Source of the DNA: Chloroflexota bacterium
GTDB lineage: Bacteria; Chloroflexota; Anaerolineae; UBA1429
Assembly (NCBI GenBank): GCA_012729455.1
Contig: JAAYDC010000012.1
Location: 78,758 to 142,757, forward strand
Reading direction: 5' to 3'
Length of the DNA stretch: 64,000 nucleotides
The notes under the pieces were generated by a model that saw nothing but the letters and a program-made list of their open reading frames with translations, searched no databases and had not been told where the DNA came from. A program made the translations under genes and the position numbers. Numbering within the stretch: the first letter of the stretch is position 1; each line of letters starts with the position of its first letter. Shown one piece after another: positions 36,413 to 44,212 of this stretch.

Positions 36413-37462
36413 TTAGACTTCCAGCAAACGGCGGATGGTGGCGTCCCAGGTGATGCCTTGAACCAGCTCCGCGCCAGCCGCACCCATGCGCTCGGCCAGG
36501 GCGCGGTCTTCATAGAGCTCATCGATGTTACGCGCCAGAGCTGCAGCGTCGTTGGGGGGTGAGAGCAAGCCGGTGCTGCGGTCGCGCGTAAACTCGAGCA
36601 CCCCGCCGCTATCGGTAGTGGTGAGCACACTCTTGCCGGCCTTCATAGCCTCCAGGGTGGCAAAGCCATAGTCCTCATCCAGCGGGGCGTAATAAGCTGC
36701 CAAAGCGCCGGCGTACAGGCGCAAAAGCTCGTCGTTAGGCACAAAGCCGCGAAACTCGATGCGGGATTCTACCCCCAACTTGCGCGCCAGCTGCTGCAGC
36801 TGGGGCAGATCGGGACCGCGCCCCACGATCACGCAGCGCGCCGGCGTTTTGACTTGCGCCATGGCACGCACCAGGTGATCGACGCGTTTGAGCAGGTTGA
36901 GGCGGCTGACGGAGAGGATATAGTCTCCGGCAGAATTCTGGTAAAACTGCCCGTCCAGGGGCGGCGGCGGATAAAGGACCTCGGAATCCAGCCCGTTAAA
37001 GTGCTTGAGCCGCTGGCCGACATTGGCCGAGATGGAAAAGAGATGGCGCGATTCCGCCAATGTGGTCGAGTCGACGCGCATGATCGTCTCGCGCAACTGG
37101 GTATCAGCCGGGTCGGCGCTGAAATCGCTATAGGCGGTGCCGTAGAGGTCATAGATCTGGCGGAACTGGTGGATCAACCAGGTGATTTTGTAGGGATGCT
37201 CGACCACATAGGAAGGGAATTTGGTCGCGATCACGCGGTCGATTGGTTTGCCGTCGCCAGAGGTGCTGCGCAGGTTAATCAAGCGCCACGCCAGGTAGCT
37301 GCGCGTGACTTCGGCGCGCGGCACCCATGCCAGCGGCAGACGCACTAACTCGACCTGATGCCCGCGTTGTCTGAGCTGATCGACCAGCGTCTCAGAGAGG
37401 ACCTCGGTGCCGCCAGTCTCAAAGGGTTCCTGCGAGGTGCAAACCGCGATGCGCAGGCTCAT
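36413..37462 (-). CDS. glycosyltransferase family 4 (GT-B)
   Basis: Start at ATG 37462 (MSLRIAVCTSQEPFETGGTE), ATGA overlap with the methyltransferase stop. C-terminal EDYGFATLEAMKAGKSVLTT motif. Confidence 0.85.
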   Translation of the reverse strand: MSLRIAVCTSQEPFETGGTEVLSETLVDQLRQRGHQVELVRLPLAWVPRAEVTRSYLAWRLINLRSTSGDGKPIDRVIATKFPSYVVEHPYKITWLIHQFRQIYDLYGTAYSDFSADPADTQLRETIMRVDSTTLAESRHLFSISANVGQRLKHFNGLDSEVLYPPPPLDGQFYQNSAGDYILSVSRLNLLKRVDHLVRAMAQVKTPARCVIVGRGPDLPQLQQLARKLGVESRIEFRGFVPNDELLRLYAGALAAYYAPLDEDYGFATLEAMKAGKSVLTTTDSGGVLEFTRDRSTGLLSPPNDAAALARNIDELYEDRALAERMGAAGAELVQGITWDATIRRLLEV

Positions 37463-38637
37463 GCCTCGTCCTCGGGTTTGCGGGCGATGGCGGCATAATC
37501 CTGGCTGCCATATAGAAACTGGTTCAGGCGTTGAAAGTTGGCGTCCAGTTGGGCGTTGGCAGCATCGGGGAGCCCCATTTCGGCGGGGAGCCATTCCAAA
37601 CGCACTCCCTCTTCGACGGGATGCAGATAACGCAGAGATACCTTCCAGAAGCCGGCTGCCTCAAGCATGGTCTTGGTCAGCTGCGGATGCATCGCCTGTG
37701 TATGGGTTGGGTCGAGCAGGTAATAATGATGGACAGCCCACATGCACAACGGGTTGAGCGTCTCGGTGATCAGGTACCCACCCGGCCGCAGCTTGGCGGC
37801 TGCCAGGCGCATCAGCCGGTCGAGTGCTGGCAGGGGAATGTGCTCGATCACCTGCACGGCAACGATCGCCGCCAGCGAGGCATCCGTCAGGGACGCAAGG
37901 TGTGCAAATCCTTCCTCCGCGCGCAGGTCCAAGCCCTTTTCCAGGCCAACCTGCAGGGAATCGCGGTCGGTATCGACGCCATAACATGTCAGCCCCATGG
38001 CGCCGATGTGCCCGACCAGCTCGCCGCGGCCGCAGCCAAAGTCGAGGATCGGGTCGCTGCGGCCCAGTGCCTGCTGCTGGGCTGCGATCTCTTCCCAGAT
38101 ATCATCGTAATCGCCCAGGACCTGGGCGATCTGGAATTCGTTGCGGTACTGCGCGCCGGTGATAAAGGTGTCCCACTCGGGCACCGCGGATGCGGGAACA
38201 GCCGGCGCAGCGGGAGCGCTGACGGCGGCAGCGGTGCGCATCTCGAGGCGCTGAATACGCAGGCGCCGGCCTTCCATTACGGCGGCGTGGCCCTCGTCCG
38301 TCTTGTGCAGCACTTGAGCCTCGTCGGCCAGGGCCGTCAGCATCGCTACGATCGAAGCATTAAAGTTGTTTTGCTGCTCAACGAGCGGATTGATGTACCA
38401 GCGCAACAACCTCCGCACCACCTTTTGGCCGATGGTGCGCAGCTTGGGCCACAGTCCCTTGGGCATCTCGGGCCATCCCAACGGTAGGTGCGGGTTCACC
38501 CATTGAGTCTGACGCACCCGATTCAGGGCACGGCTGATGGGGGATGCCTCGGCTGCCGACTGATCGGGCTGGTGCTGCCTGATCTGGGCTTGGAGGTTGG
38601 CCAGGATGGTTTCATCGTCAGGCTCTGGTTGGCCCAT
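37459..38637 (-). CDS. class I SAM-dependent methyltransferase with ~170-aa N-terminal helical extension
   Basis: SAM motif ILDFGCGRGELVGHI...GVDTD. The N-terminus has the RRLLRWYINPLVEQQNNFN element common in O-antigen cluster proteins. First gene of the five-gene GT operon. Confidence 0.8.
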   Translation of the reverse strand: MGQPEPDDETILANLQAQIRQHQPDQSAAEASPISRALNRVRQTQWVNPHLPLGWPEMPKGLWPKLRTIGQKVVRRLLRWYINPLVEQQNNFNASIVAMLTALADEAQVLHKTDEGHAAVMEGRRLRIQRLEMRTAAAVSAPAAPAVPASAVPEWDTFITGAQYRNEFQIAQVLGDYDDIWEEIAAQQQALGRSDPILDFGCGRGELVGHIGAMGLTCYGVDTDRDSLQVGLEKGLDLRAEEGFAHLASLTDASLAAIVAVQVIEHIPLPALDRLMRLAAAKLRPGGYLITETLNPLCMWAVHHYYLLDPTHTQAMHPQLTKTMLEAAGFWKVSLRYLHPVEEGVRLEWLPAEMGLPDAANAQLDANFQRLNQFLYGSQDYAAIARKPEDEA

Positions 38638-38705
38638 GCTTACCTTGCTCCAATATCATGCCAGCTAGTATAGATTGTCACCCACCCTTGGCAAATGGTT
38701 GGCGC

Positions 38706-38734
38706 TTTACCGCACCTGGCCGGGCATCTATAAT
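38706..38734 (+). promoter_or_regulatory. candidate sigma70-type promoter for the URO-D-like/GT-C operon
   Basis: TTTACC, 17 nt, TATAAT, about 28 nt upstream of ATG 38762 (GGAGGAG RBS). Confidence 0.45.
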
Positions 38735-38761
38735 GCGCACATCCCGCCGGAGGAGAAACCC

Positions 38762-39766
38762 ATGGCCACCACTCCCCGCCAACGCGTCCTGGATGCCGTC
38801 AATCATCGTCAGCCGGACGTTTGCCCTTGGCAGATCGACCTGACCATCGACGCGCACGACCATGTGGCAGCGGCGCTGCAGGATCCGGATTTTACCTCCA
38901 AAATCGGTAACCACCTTGCGGGCTGCGAAGACGGCTACTTTACCGAGGTTGAGCCAGGCTTTTGGCAGGACCAGTTCGGCATCGTCTGGAACCGCACCAT
39001 CGATAAAGATATCGGCAACGTGCAAACCCTGCTGCTGCCCGAGGCCAGCCTGGCGCATTACCGCTTTCCGCAGCCCGACATGGCGCGCAACGCCGCCATG
39101 TACGAGCGCGTGCTGGCGGACAACCCTGACAAGTTCACCATGGCGGGAGTGGGGTTTTCGATGTACGAGCGCGCCTGGACGCTGCGCGGCATGGAGAACC
39201 TGCTGAGCGACATGATCCTTGAGCCGCACTTTGTCGATGCGCTCATGGATCGCATCCTGGAATACAACCTGCAGGTGATCGACCACCTGCTCGAGTATCC
39301 CTTTGATTGTGTGCGCTTTGGCGACGACTGGGGCGATCAACGCGGGGTGATGATGGGCGCCAAACTGTGGCGGCGCTTTATCAAGCCGCGTATGGCGGCC
39401 ATGTACACGCGCGTCAAGCAAAGCGGACGCTATGTGATGCAGCACTCGTGCGGGGCCGTCCAGGAGCTCTTCCCCGACCTGATCGAGATCGGGCTGGATA
39501 TTTTCAACACCTTTCAGCCCGAAGTGATGGATGTTGATGTCTGTAAACGCGAATATGGCCACCACCTGACCTTTTATGGTGGCATCAGCACCCAGCAGGT
39601 GCTGCCACACTACACGCCAGACCCACTGCGCCGCCACATCCGCGACATGATCGCGCGCATCGGCCGCGATGGCGGCTATATTGTGGCGCCCACGCACGCC
39701 ATCCCGCGCGATGTGCCGGTCGAGAACATCCTGGCGTTTATCGAGACCGTCACCCAGCAAGCGTGA
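38762..39766 (+). CDS. uroporphyrinogen decarboxylase (URO-D) family protein, non-HemE type
   Basis: 334 aa. The layout and motifs (RQPDVCPWQIDLT, GDDWGDQRG, ISTQQVLP, YIVAPTHAIP) resemble URO-D/MtaA-fold proteins. Confidence 0.7.
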   Translation: MATTPRQRVLDAVNHRQPDVCPWQIDLTIDAHDHVAAALQDPDFTSKIGNHLAGCEDGYFTEVEPGFWQDQFGIVWNRTIDKDIGNVQTLLLPEASLAHYRFPQPDMARNAAMYERVLADNPDKFTMAGVGFSMYERAWTLRGMENLLSDMILEPHFVDALMDRILEYNLQVIDHLLEYPFDCVRFGDDWGDQRGVMMGAKLWRRFIKPRMAAMYTRVKQSGRYVMQHSCGAVQELFPDLIEIGLDIFNTFQPEVMDVDVCKREYGHHLTFYGGISTQQVLPHYTPDPLRRHIRDMIARIGRDGGYIVAPTHAIPRDVPVENILAFIETVTQQA

Positions 39767-41019
39767 CAAATCCGCGAGCAAATGCACCGGCAGCGCCCCG
39801 CCAGCTGCATGCCTGGCATGTACTGGTGCTGACCGGCGCGCTCATCTTTCACGTATCGCTCCTGGTATCATGGCGCACCGGGCTGTGGAACCGCTACACC
39901 TTTGATTCGGTTGCCACACACGGCCGTAAGGGCTGGGATTTCTATGCTCTCTACCAGGCTGGCTACAACGCCAGGCACGGCATCTCGGTATACTCGAGCG
40001 ACGAAATCGTCACGCCGGTACACACCCCCTACCGTTACGGGCCGCTGCCCGCCCTCACACTCGGCGCGTTGTTGAGCCTGCTGCCGCCAGTGAGCGCCCT
40101 GTGGGTTTGGGCGGTGACCATCGAGCTGGTGTTGGTCGCCTGCTGCATCTACAGCTGGCGGCTTGCTCCCGACCTGGATACCAAAGTGATCTGCAGCGCT
40201 ATGTGGCTGTGCTATACCCCCTACTACCTCGAGCTTTATCTGGGGCAGTTCACCCTGGTGCTGGCAGCCGGCGTGTTGATGCTGATGAACTGGTTCGCTC
40301 ACCAGCGGCCGCTGGCGAGCGACCTGCTATGGTCGGCCACACTCCTGTGGAAGCCTATGACCGTGCTGCTGGCGCCGGTATGGGCTGCCCGGCGGCGCTG
40401 GCGCGGCATCGCCCTAGCAGCTATGCTCACGGCGCTCACCACGCTGCCCTACCTGCTGGCGTACCCAGATGTCTGGGGGCACCTGGCGTCCAACCTCGAG
40501 CTGCGCCTAGGCAGCCAGTTGGGCAACCTGGGAGTATTGCAGCTCTGGCAGGCACTCTTCCTGTGGCTCTCGCCGGATAGTTCAGAGGGCACAGTGCGCA
40601 CCGTATTAATGGTCTGGTCCGTGCTGGTGGTGCTCATCAGCCTTGTTTGTTCAACATGTTCACCGAATACAAGCTCCTGGAAGAACATCTCTCTATGGTT
40701 GATTGTATTTTATTTGGTGTCCCCGGACGTCTGGGAGCATCACTATGTGCTCCTTGTACCGGTGTTTATTTACTGGCACATCCACTCGCGCTCCAAATGG
40801 GTCTTGATATTGTACGCCGCCATCGCCCTCTGGACCCCCTACCGCCTGATCGACCCGCAAGGCCTGGCTGCCTACGATATGAGCATGCGCTGGCTGCCGC
40901 TCGAGCCGTTATGGCTGAACGCCCTCTATCACGCCTGTAAAGCCGTGCCGGTGCTGATTATATGGGGCACGCTGCTACATCAGCGCGGGTGGTGCGCAGA
41001 GACTCGAATTCTTGACTGA
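39763..41019 (+). CDS. polytopic GT-C type glycosyltransferase (DUF2029/GT87-like)
   Basis: GTG start in a GTGA overlap with the upstream stop. About 10-11 TM helices, and an early loop with GWDFYALYQAG typical of DUF2029 mannosyltransferase-like proteins. Confidence 0.65.
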   Translation: MTNPRANAPAAPRQLHAWHVLVLTGALIFHVSLLVSWRTGLWNRYTFDSVATHGRKGWDFYALYQAGYNARHGISVYSSDEIVTPVHTPYRYGPLPALTLGALLSLLPPVSALWVWAVTIELVLVACCIYSWRLAPDLDTKVICSAMWLCYTPYYLELYLGQFTLVLAAGVLMLMNWFAHQRPLASDLLWSATLLWKPMTVLLAPVWAARRRWRGIALAAMLTALTTLPYLLAYPDVWGHLASNLELRLGSQLGNLGVLQLWQALFLWLSPDSSEGTVRTVLMVWSVLVVLISLVCSTCSPNTSSWKNISLWLIVFYLVSPDVWEHHYVLLVPVFIYWHIHSRSKWVLILYAAIALWTPYRLIDPQGLAAYDMSMRWLPLEPLWLNALYHACKAVPVLIIWGTLLHQRGWCAETRILD

Positions 41020-41067
41020 ATTATACAACAATGCTACACTTAGCCACCCTGTTTGGGAGGTTTCGGT

Positions 41068-42228
41068 ATGTCCGAAGGTTACAGATACTTGGATAATGGC
41101 GCCGCCACACGTCTGGACGAACGCGTGCTGGAGGCGATGACCCCCTTCCTGTTTGAGACCTATACCGTGGCCACCTCGCAGTTTAGCTATTCGCTGGGGA
41201 TCGCCGCGCGTGAAGCCCTTGAGCGGGCCCGCAGCGACATTGCCGCCTCGCTCGGTGCCGCATCGGAGGAGATCATCTTTACATCTGGCTCGACCGAATC
41301 GAGCAATATGGCCATCAAAGGGGTGCCCCACGCGCTGGCCAACAAGGGCAAGCACATCGTCACCACCCGGCTCGAAGACTTTCCGGTGCTCAACAGCGTC
41401 AAAGCCCTCGAACGCGATGGCTATACCGTCACCTGGCTGGATACCGATTCTGACGGCCGCCTGGATCCGGCAGCCCTGGAAGGCGCGATCAGGCCCGATA
41501 CGGTGCTAGTCTCGATTCAGGCCGCCAACCAGGAAATCGGCACCCTGCAGGATCTGGCAGCTCTCGCCGCAATCTGCAAGGCCAGAGGCGTGGTACTGCA
41601 CAGCGATGCCACCCATACCTATCCGCGCTTGCCGCTGGATGTGAGCAGCCTGAGTGTTGACCTGCTGACGCTCAGCACCGAGCTGGTGCACGGGCCCAAA
41701 GGGGTTGGCGCGCTGTATCTGCGCAAAGGCACCCCGCTGCACAAATGGATGGATGGCGGTTTTCAGGAGTTTAACCTGCGCGCCGGGAGTGAAAACATTG
41801 CCGGCGCCGTCGGCATGGCACGTGCTGTCGAGCTGGTCACCCCCGAAGAGACGGCCGGCATCCAGGCTATGCGCGATGCCGCACTTGAGCAGCTGCTGGC
41901 GATTCCGCAGTCAATCCTCAACGGGCATGCCACCTGGCGCACGCCGCAAAACGTCAACGTCTCATTCCGCTTTGTAGAGGGAGAGGCGATTACCCTGCAC
42001 ATGGATTTGCGCGGTTATGCCCTCAGCACAGGCTCGGCCTGCTTTAGCCGCGCCTTGGAGGCCAGCCACGTGATCCTGGGCATCGGGGGAGACCACGAAC
42101 GTGCCCACGGCTCGGTGCGCCTCACCTTTGGGCGCTACAACACACTTGATGATGCCACCGGTGCCGCCAATGCACTGGCGGAAGTGATCGAGAGACTGCG
42201 GGCGATCAGCCCGTTAGGAAAGGATTAG
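41068..42228 (+). CDS. IscS/NifS-like class V fold protein lacking the PLP-binding lysine
   Basis: Collinear with E. coli IscS (IIFTSGSTESSNMAIKG, HSDATH, HGPKGVGALYL, STGSAC). The SGHK motif reads STEL and the TEH motif reads LED. GGAGG RBS before ATG 41068. Confidence 0.85.
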   Translation: MSEGYRYLDNGAATRLDERVLEAMTPFLFETYTVATSQFSYSLGIAAREALERARSDIAASLGAASEEIIFTSGSTESSNMAIKGVPHALANKGKHIVTTRLEDFPVLNSVKALERDGYTVTWLDTDSDGRLDPAALEGAIRPDTVLVSIQAANQEIGTLQDLAALAAICKARGVVLHSDATHTYPRLPLDVSSLSVDLLTLSTELVHGPKGVGALYLRKGTPLHKWMDGGFQEFNLRAGSENIAGAVGMARAVELVTPEETAGIQAMRDAALEQLLAIPQSILNGHATWRTPQNVNVSFRFVEGEAITLHMDLRGYALSTGSACFSRALEASHVILGIGGDHERAHGSVRLTFGRYNTLDDATGAANALAEVIERLRAISPLGKD

Positions 42229-42232
42229 CAAG

Positions 42233-42871
42233 ATGCCTTTACCATACAGCGAACTCGTGATGGAGCATTTTCAGAACCCGCAAAACATCGGGCGCATCGA
42301 TAACCCCGATGCCAAAGCGATCGAAGGCTCGCCAGCCTGCGGAGACATGGTAGCCGTCTACCTACGCGTCGATGAAGAAACCAAGACGATCACGGATATC
42401 AAGTTCGAGTCGTACGGGTGTGCTTCCAATATCGCCACTGGCTCAATCATCACCGAGCTGGCCAAGGGCAAATCGCTGGATGAAGCCAAGGCGATCACCT
42501 GGGAACAGGCCTCCGACGCCCTGGGCGGGCTGCCTCCCATCAAGACGCACTGCTCAGTGCTGGCCGTCGAAGGGCTGCGCGCCGCAATCCAGAATTACGA
42601 AGAAAAGCACGGCCTGGTTCGCGAGCAGGAAGCCACTACCGAAGAGGTGGTCCGCAAGCGCCTGTGCCATGTGATGAACCCATCCGTGGGACTGGATATT
42701 ATCCGCACCAAGCTGGTCAAAGAGATCTCTGTCAACGACGGCGACGTGCTCGTGGTGCTGGATTTGGAGCCAACCCACCAGTTCGCCAACAATATCCGCG
42801 AAGAAATTACCGAAAAGTTGGCCAATCGGCAGGATGTGCGCTCGGTCGAGGTGTGCTTTGACAAGCAATAG
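42233..42871 (+). CDS. IscU/NifU-type Fe-S scaffold fused to a C-terminal DUF59-like domain
   Basis: IscU ligands are present (PACGDM, YGCASNIA, THCSVLA). Residues ~135-210 (VVRKRLCHVMNPSVGLDIIRTKLVKEISV..VLVVLDL) look like a DUF59/MIP18 fold. Confidence 0.85.
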   Translation: MPLPYSELVMEHFQNPQNIGRIDNPDAKAIEGSPACGDMVAVYLRVDEETKTITDIKFESYGCASNIATGSIITELAKGKSLDEAKAITWEQASDALGGLPPIKTHCSVLAVEGLRAAIQNYEEKHGLVREQEATTEEVVRKRLCHVMNPSVGLDIIRTKLVKEISVNDGDVLVVLDLEPTHQFANNIREEITEKLANRQDVRSVEVCFDKQ

Positions 42872-42877
42872 GGCGGT

Positions 42878-43051
42878 ATGAAGCGCCTGACACGCCGCCA
42901 GTTTGACCTGCGGGTGGCCAAGCCAGCCGATTTCTCCCTGAAAGAGCTGCTTGTGTGGCCGCGTGTCGACTTTGATGGAGAACTCGCGCTTACCGACAGC
43001 GAGGTGCTGGATGAAAATTTTGGTTTCATCAGTCAACCTCGTGTATACTGA
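42878..43051 (+). CDS. possible small ORF (57 aa), unknown
   Basis: ATG 7 nt after the iscU-DUF59 stop. MKRLTRRQFDLRVAKPADFSLKELLVWPRVDFDGELALTDSEVLDENFGFISQPRVY. GC3-rich in the first two thirds. Below the ORF-track cutoff, with no recognised family. Confidence 0.25.
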   Translation: MKRLTRRQFDLRVAKPADFSLKELLVWPRVDFDGELALTDSEVLDENFGFISQPRVY

Positions 43052-43104
43052 GATTGGTGTTGTATTGGTTGTAACCTATTTGATCGATAACAAAGGAGTA
43101 TAGT

Positions 43105-43500
43105 ATGACCTCTATCGGAGAAAAGCTGCAGCACGCAGACTGGAAGTCGGAAAAACACGTGCCGGCGATCGAATGCCCGGACACGGTCAAAGCCGGCGAA
43201 CTCTTTACTGTCAACGTCAGCGTCGGTAAAGATATCCCGCACCCCAACACGGTCGAGCATCACATCAGCTGGATCAGCGTCTATTTTCTGCCGGATGAAG
43301 CCAAGAACCCGTACGAGGTTGGGACGTTTACCTTTGCGGGCCACGGCCAGTCTGCCGCAGGTCCCAACCAGGGTCCCGTCCATTGCGAGCCGAATGTCAC
43401 CGCCAGACTCAAGCTTACCCAAAGCGGCACCCTCTATGTATTGGAGCTGTGCAACATTCACGGTCTGTGGGAAAACAGCCAACGCATTACCGTTAGCTAA
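43105..43500 (+). CDS. sor: superoxide reductase (1Fe-SOR/neelaredoxin type)
   Basis: EKHVP, HPNTVEHHISWI and CNIHGLWE iron-ligand motifs. AAGGAG RBS. Confidence 0.9.
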   Translation: MTSIGEKLQHADWKSEKHVPAIECPDTVKAGELFTVNVSVGKDIPHPNTVEHHISWISVYFLPDEAKNPYEVGTFTFAGHGQSAAGPNQGPVHCEPNVTARLKLTQSGTLYVLELCNIHGLWENSQRITVS

Positions 43501-43530
43501 ACATCATTATTATCAGTTAGGAGAATTCAA

Positions 43531-44079
43531 ATGCGCGACATGACCAAAGCCAACGTATTGAGTGCCTACTCGGGCGAAAGCCAAGCCCACATGCGCTATG
43601 CGATCTGGTCGGATAAAGCCGCCAAGGACGGGTTTGCCAACGTCGCCAGGCTTTTCCGGGCAGTTTCCCATTCCGAGAAAATCCATGCCAAGCGGCACTT
43701 CATGGCCGTCGCTGACTCATTTGGTGCAGCGGATAACTTGGCCGGAGCCGGCTTCGGTTACGGAGAGACGCTACAGAACCTCGAGGTAGCGGTTGGCGGC
43801 GAAGAGTTCGAGATCGCCGAAATGTACCCGGTTTATAAAGCAGTGGCCGATCTTCAGGCCGAAAAGTTTGCCTCGGTTGGGTTCTTCCGCGCCCTGGAAG
43901 CGGAAAAAGTGCATGCTGCCATGTTCCACCGTGCGATCGAAGCTGCCAAGGCCGGCAAGGATGTGGAACTGGGCCCGATTCACGTTTGCCCAGACTGTGG
44001 TTTTACCATGGAAGGGGATGCCCCCGATCGCTGCCCGGTTTGCGGCGAACCCAAGGCGAATTTCGTCACCTACGCCTGA
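43531..44079 (+). CDS. rbr: rubrerythrin
   Basis: Di-iron ExxH motifs (ESQAHMRY, EKIHAKRH, EEFEIAEMY, EKVHAAMF) plus C-terminal rubredoxin CPDCG...CPVCG. Confidence 0.9.
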   Translation: MRDMTKANVLSAYSGESQAHMRYAIWSDKAAKDGFANVARLFRAVSHSEKIHAKRHFMAVADSFGAADNLAGAGFGYGETLQNLEVAVGGEEFEIAEMYPVYKAVADLQAEKFASVGFFRALEAEKVHAAMFHRAIEAAKAGKDVELGPIHVCPDCGFTMEGDAPDRCPVCGEPKANFVTYA

Positions 44080-44088
44080 GATGCCCAT

Positions 44089-44127
44089 CAAGACGGCCGG
44101 TTGGTTGACCGGCCGTCTTGTTTGTTG
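44089..44127 (+). terminator. intrinsic terminator after rubrerythrin
   Basis: Perfect 12-bp stem CAAGACGGCCGG / CCGGCCGTCTTG, 8-nt loop, followed by TTTGTTG. Confidence 0.75.
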
Positions 44128-44153
44128 ACAAAAAGCGCTGCTTAATTTATGCT
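44125..44153 (+). promoter_or_regulatory. candidate sigma70-type promoter (TTGACA, 17 nt, TATGCT)
   Basis: Perfect -35 with a 17-nt spacer. It lies between two terminator hairpins, 82 nt upstream of the aminotransferase ATG. Confidence 0.45.
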
Positions 44154-44180
44154 AGGCTTGGGTGTTGTCATCCGACACCG

Positions 44181-44212
44181 CGCAACGAGGCCGGTTCTCG
44201 TTGCGTTTTTTT
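44181..44212 (+). terminator. intrinsic terminator-like hairpin in the aminotransferase leader (possible attenuator)
   Basis: Perfect 9-bp stem CGCAACGAG / CTCGTTGCG, 7-nt loop, then 7 consecutive T. It ends 22 nt before ATG 44235. Confidence 0.7.

Noticed and set aside
38678-39787. 369-aa ORF antisense to the URO-D-family gene.
   Set aside because: A shadow ORF of a high-GC coding region. Its composition is biased (R, H, A, G, D) and it has no family signature. The plus-strand gene has an RBS and coherent domain motifs.
43060-43090. Imperfect inverted repeat TTGTAA-N13-TAACAA upstream of sor, as a possible PerR/Fur-type box.
   Set aside because: It is a poor match to known PerR/Fur consensus sequences, its arms are only 5 of 6 complementary, and no supporting second site was found.
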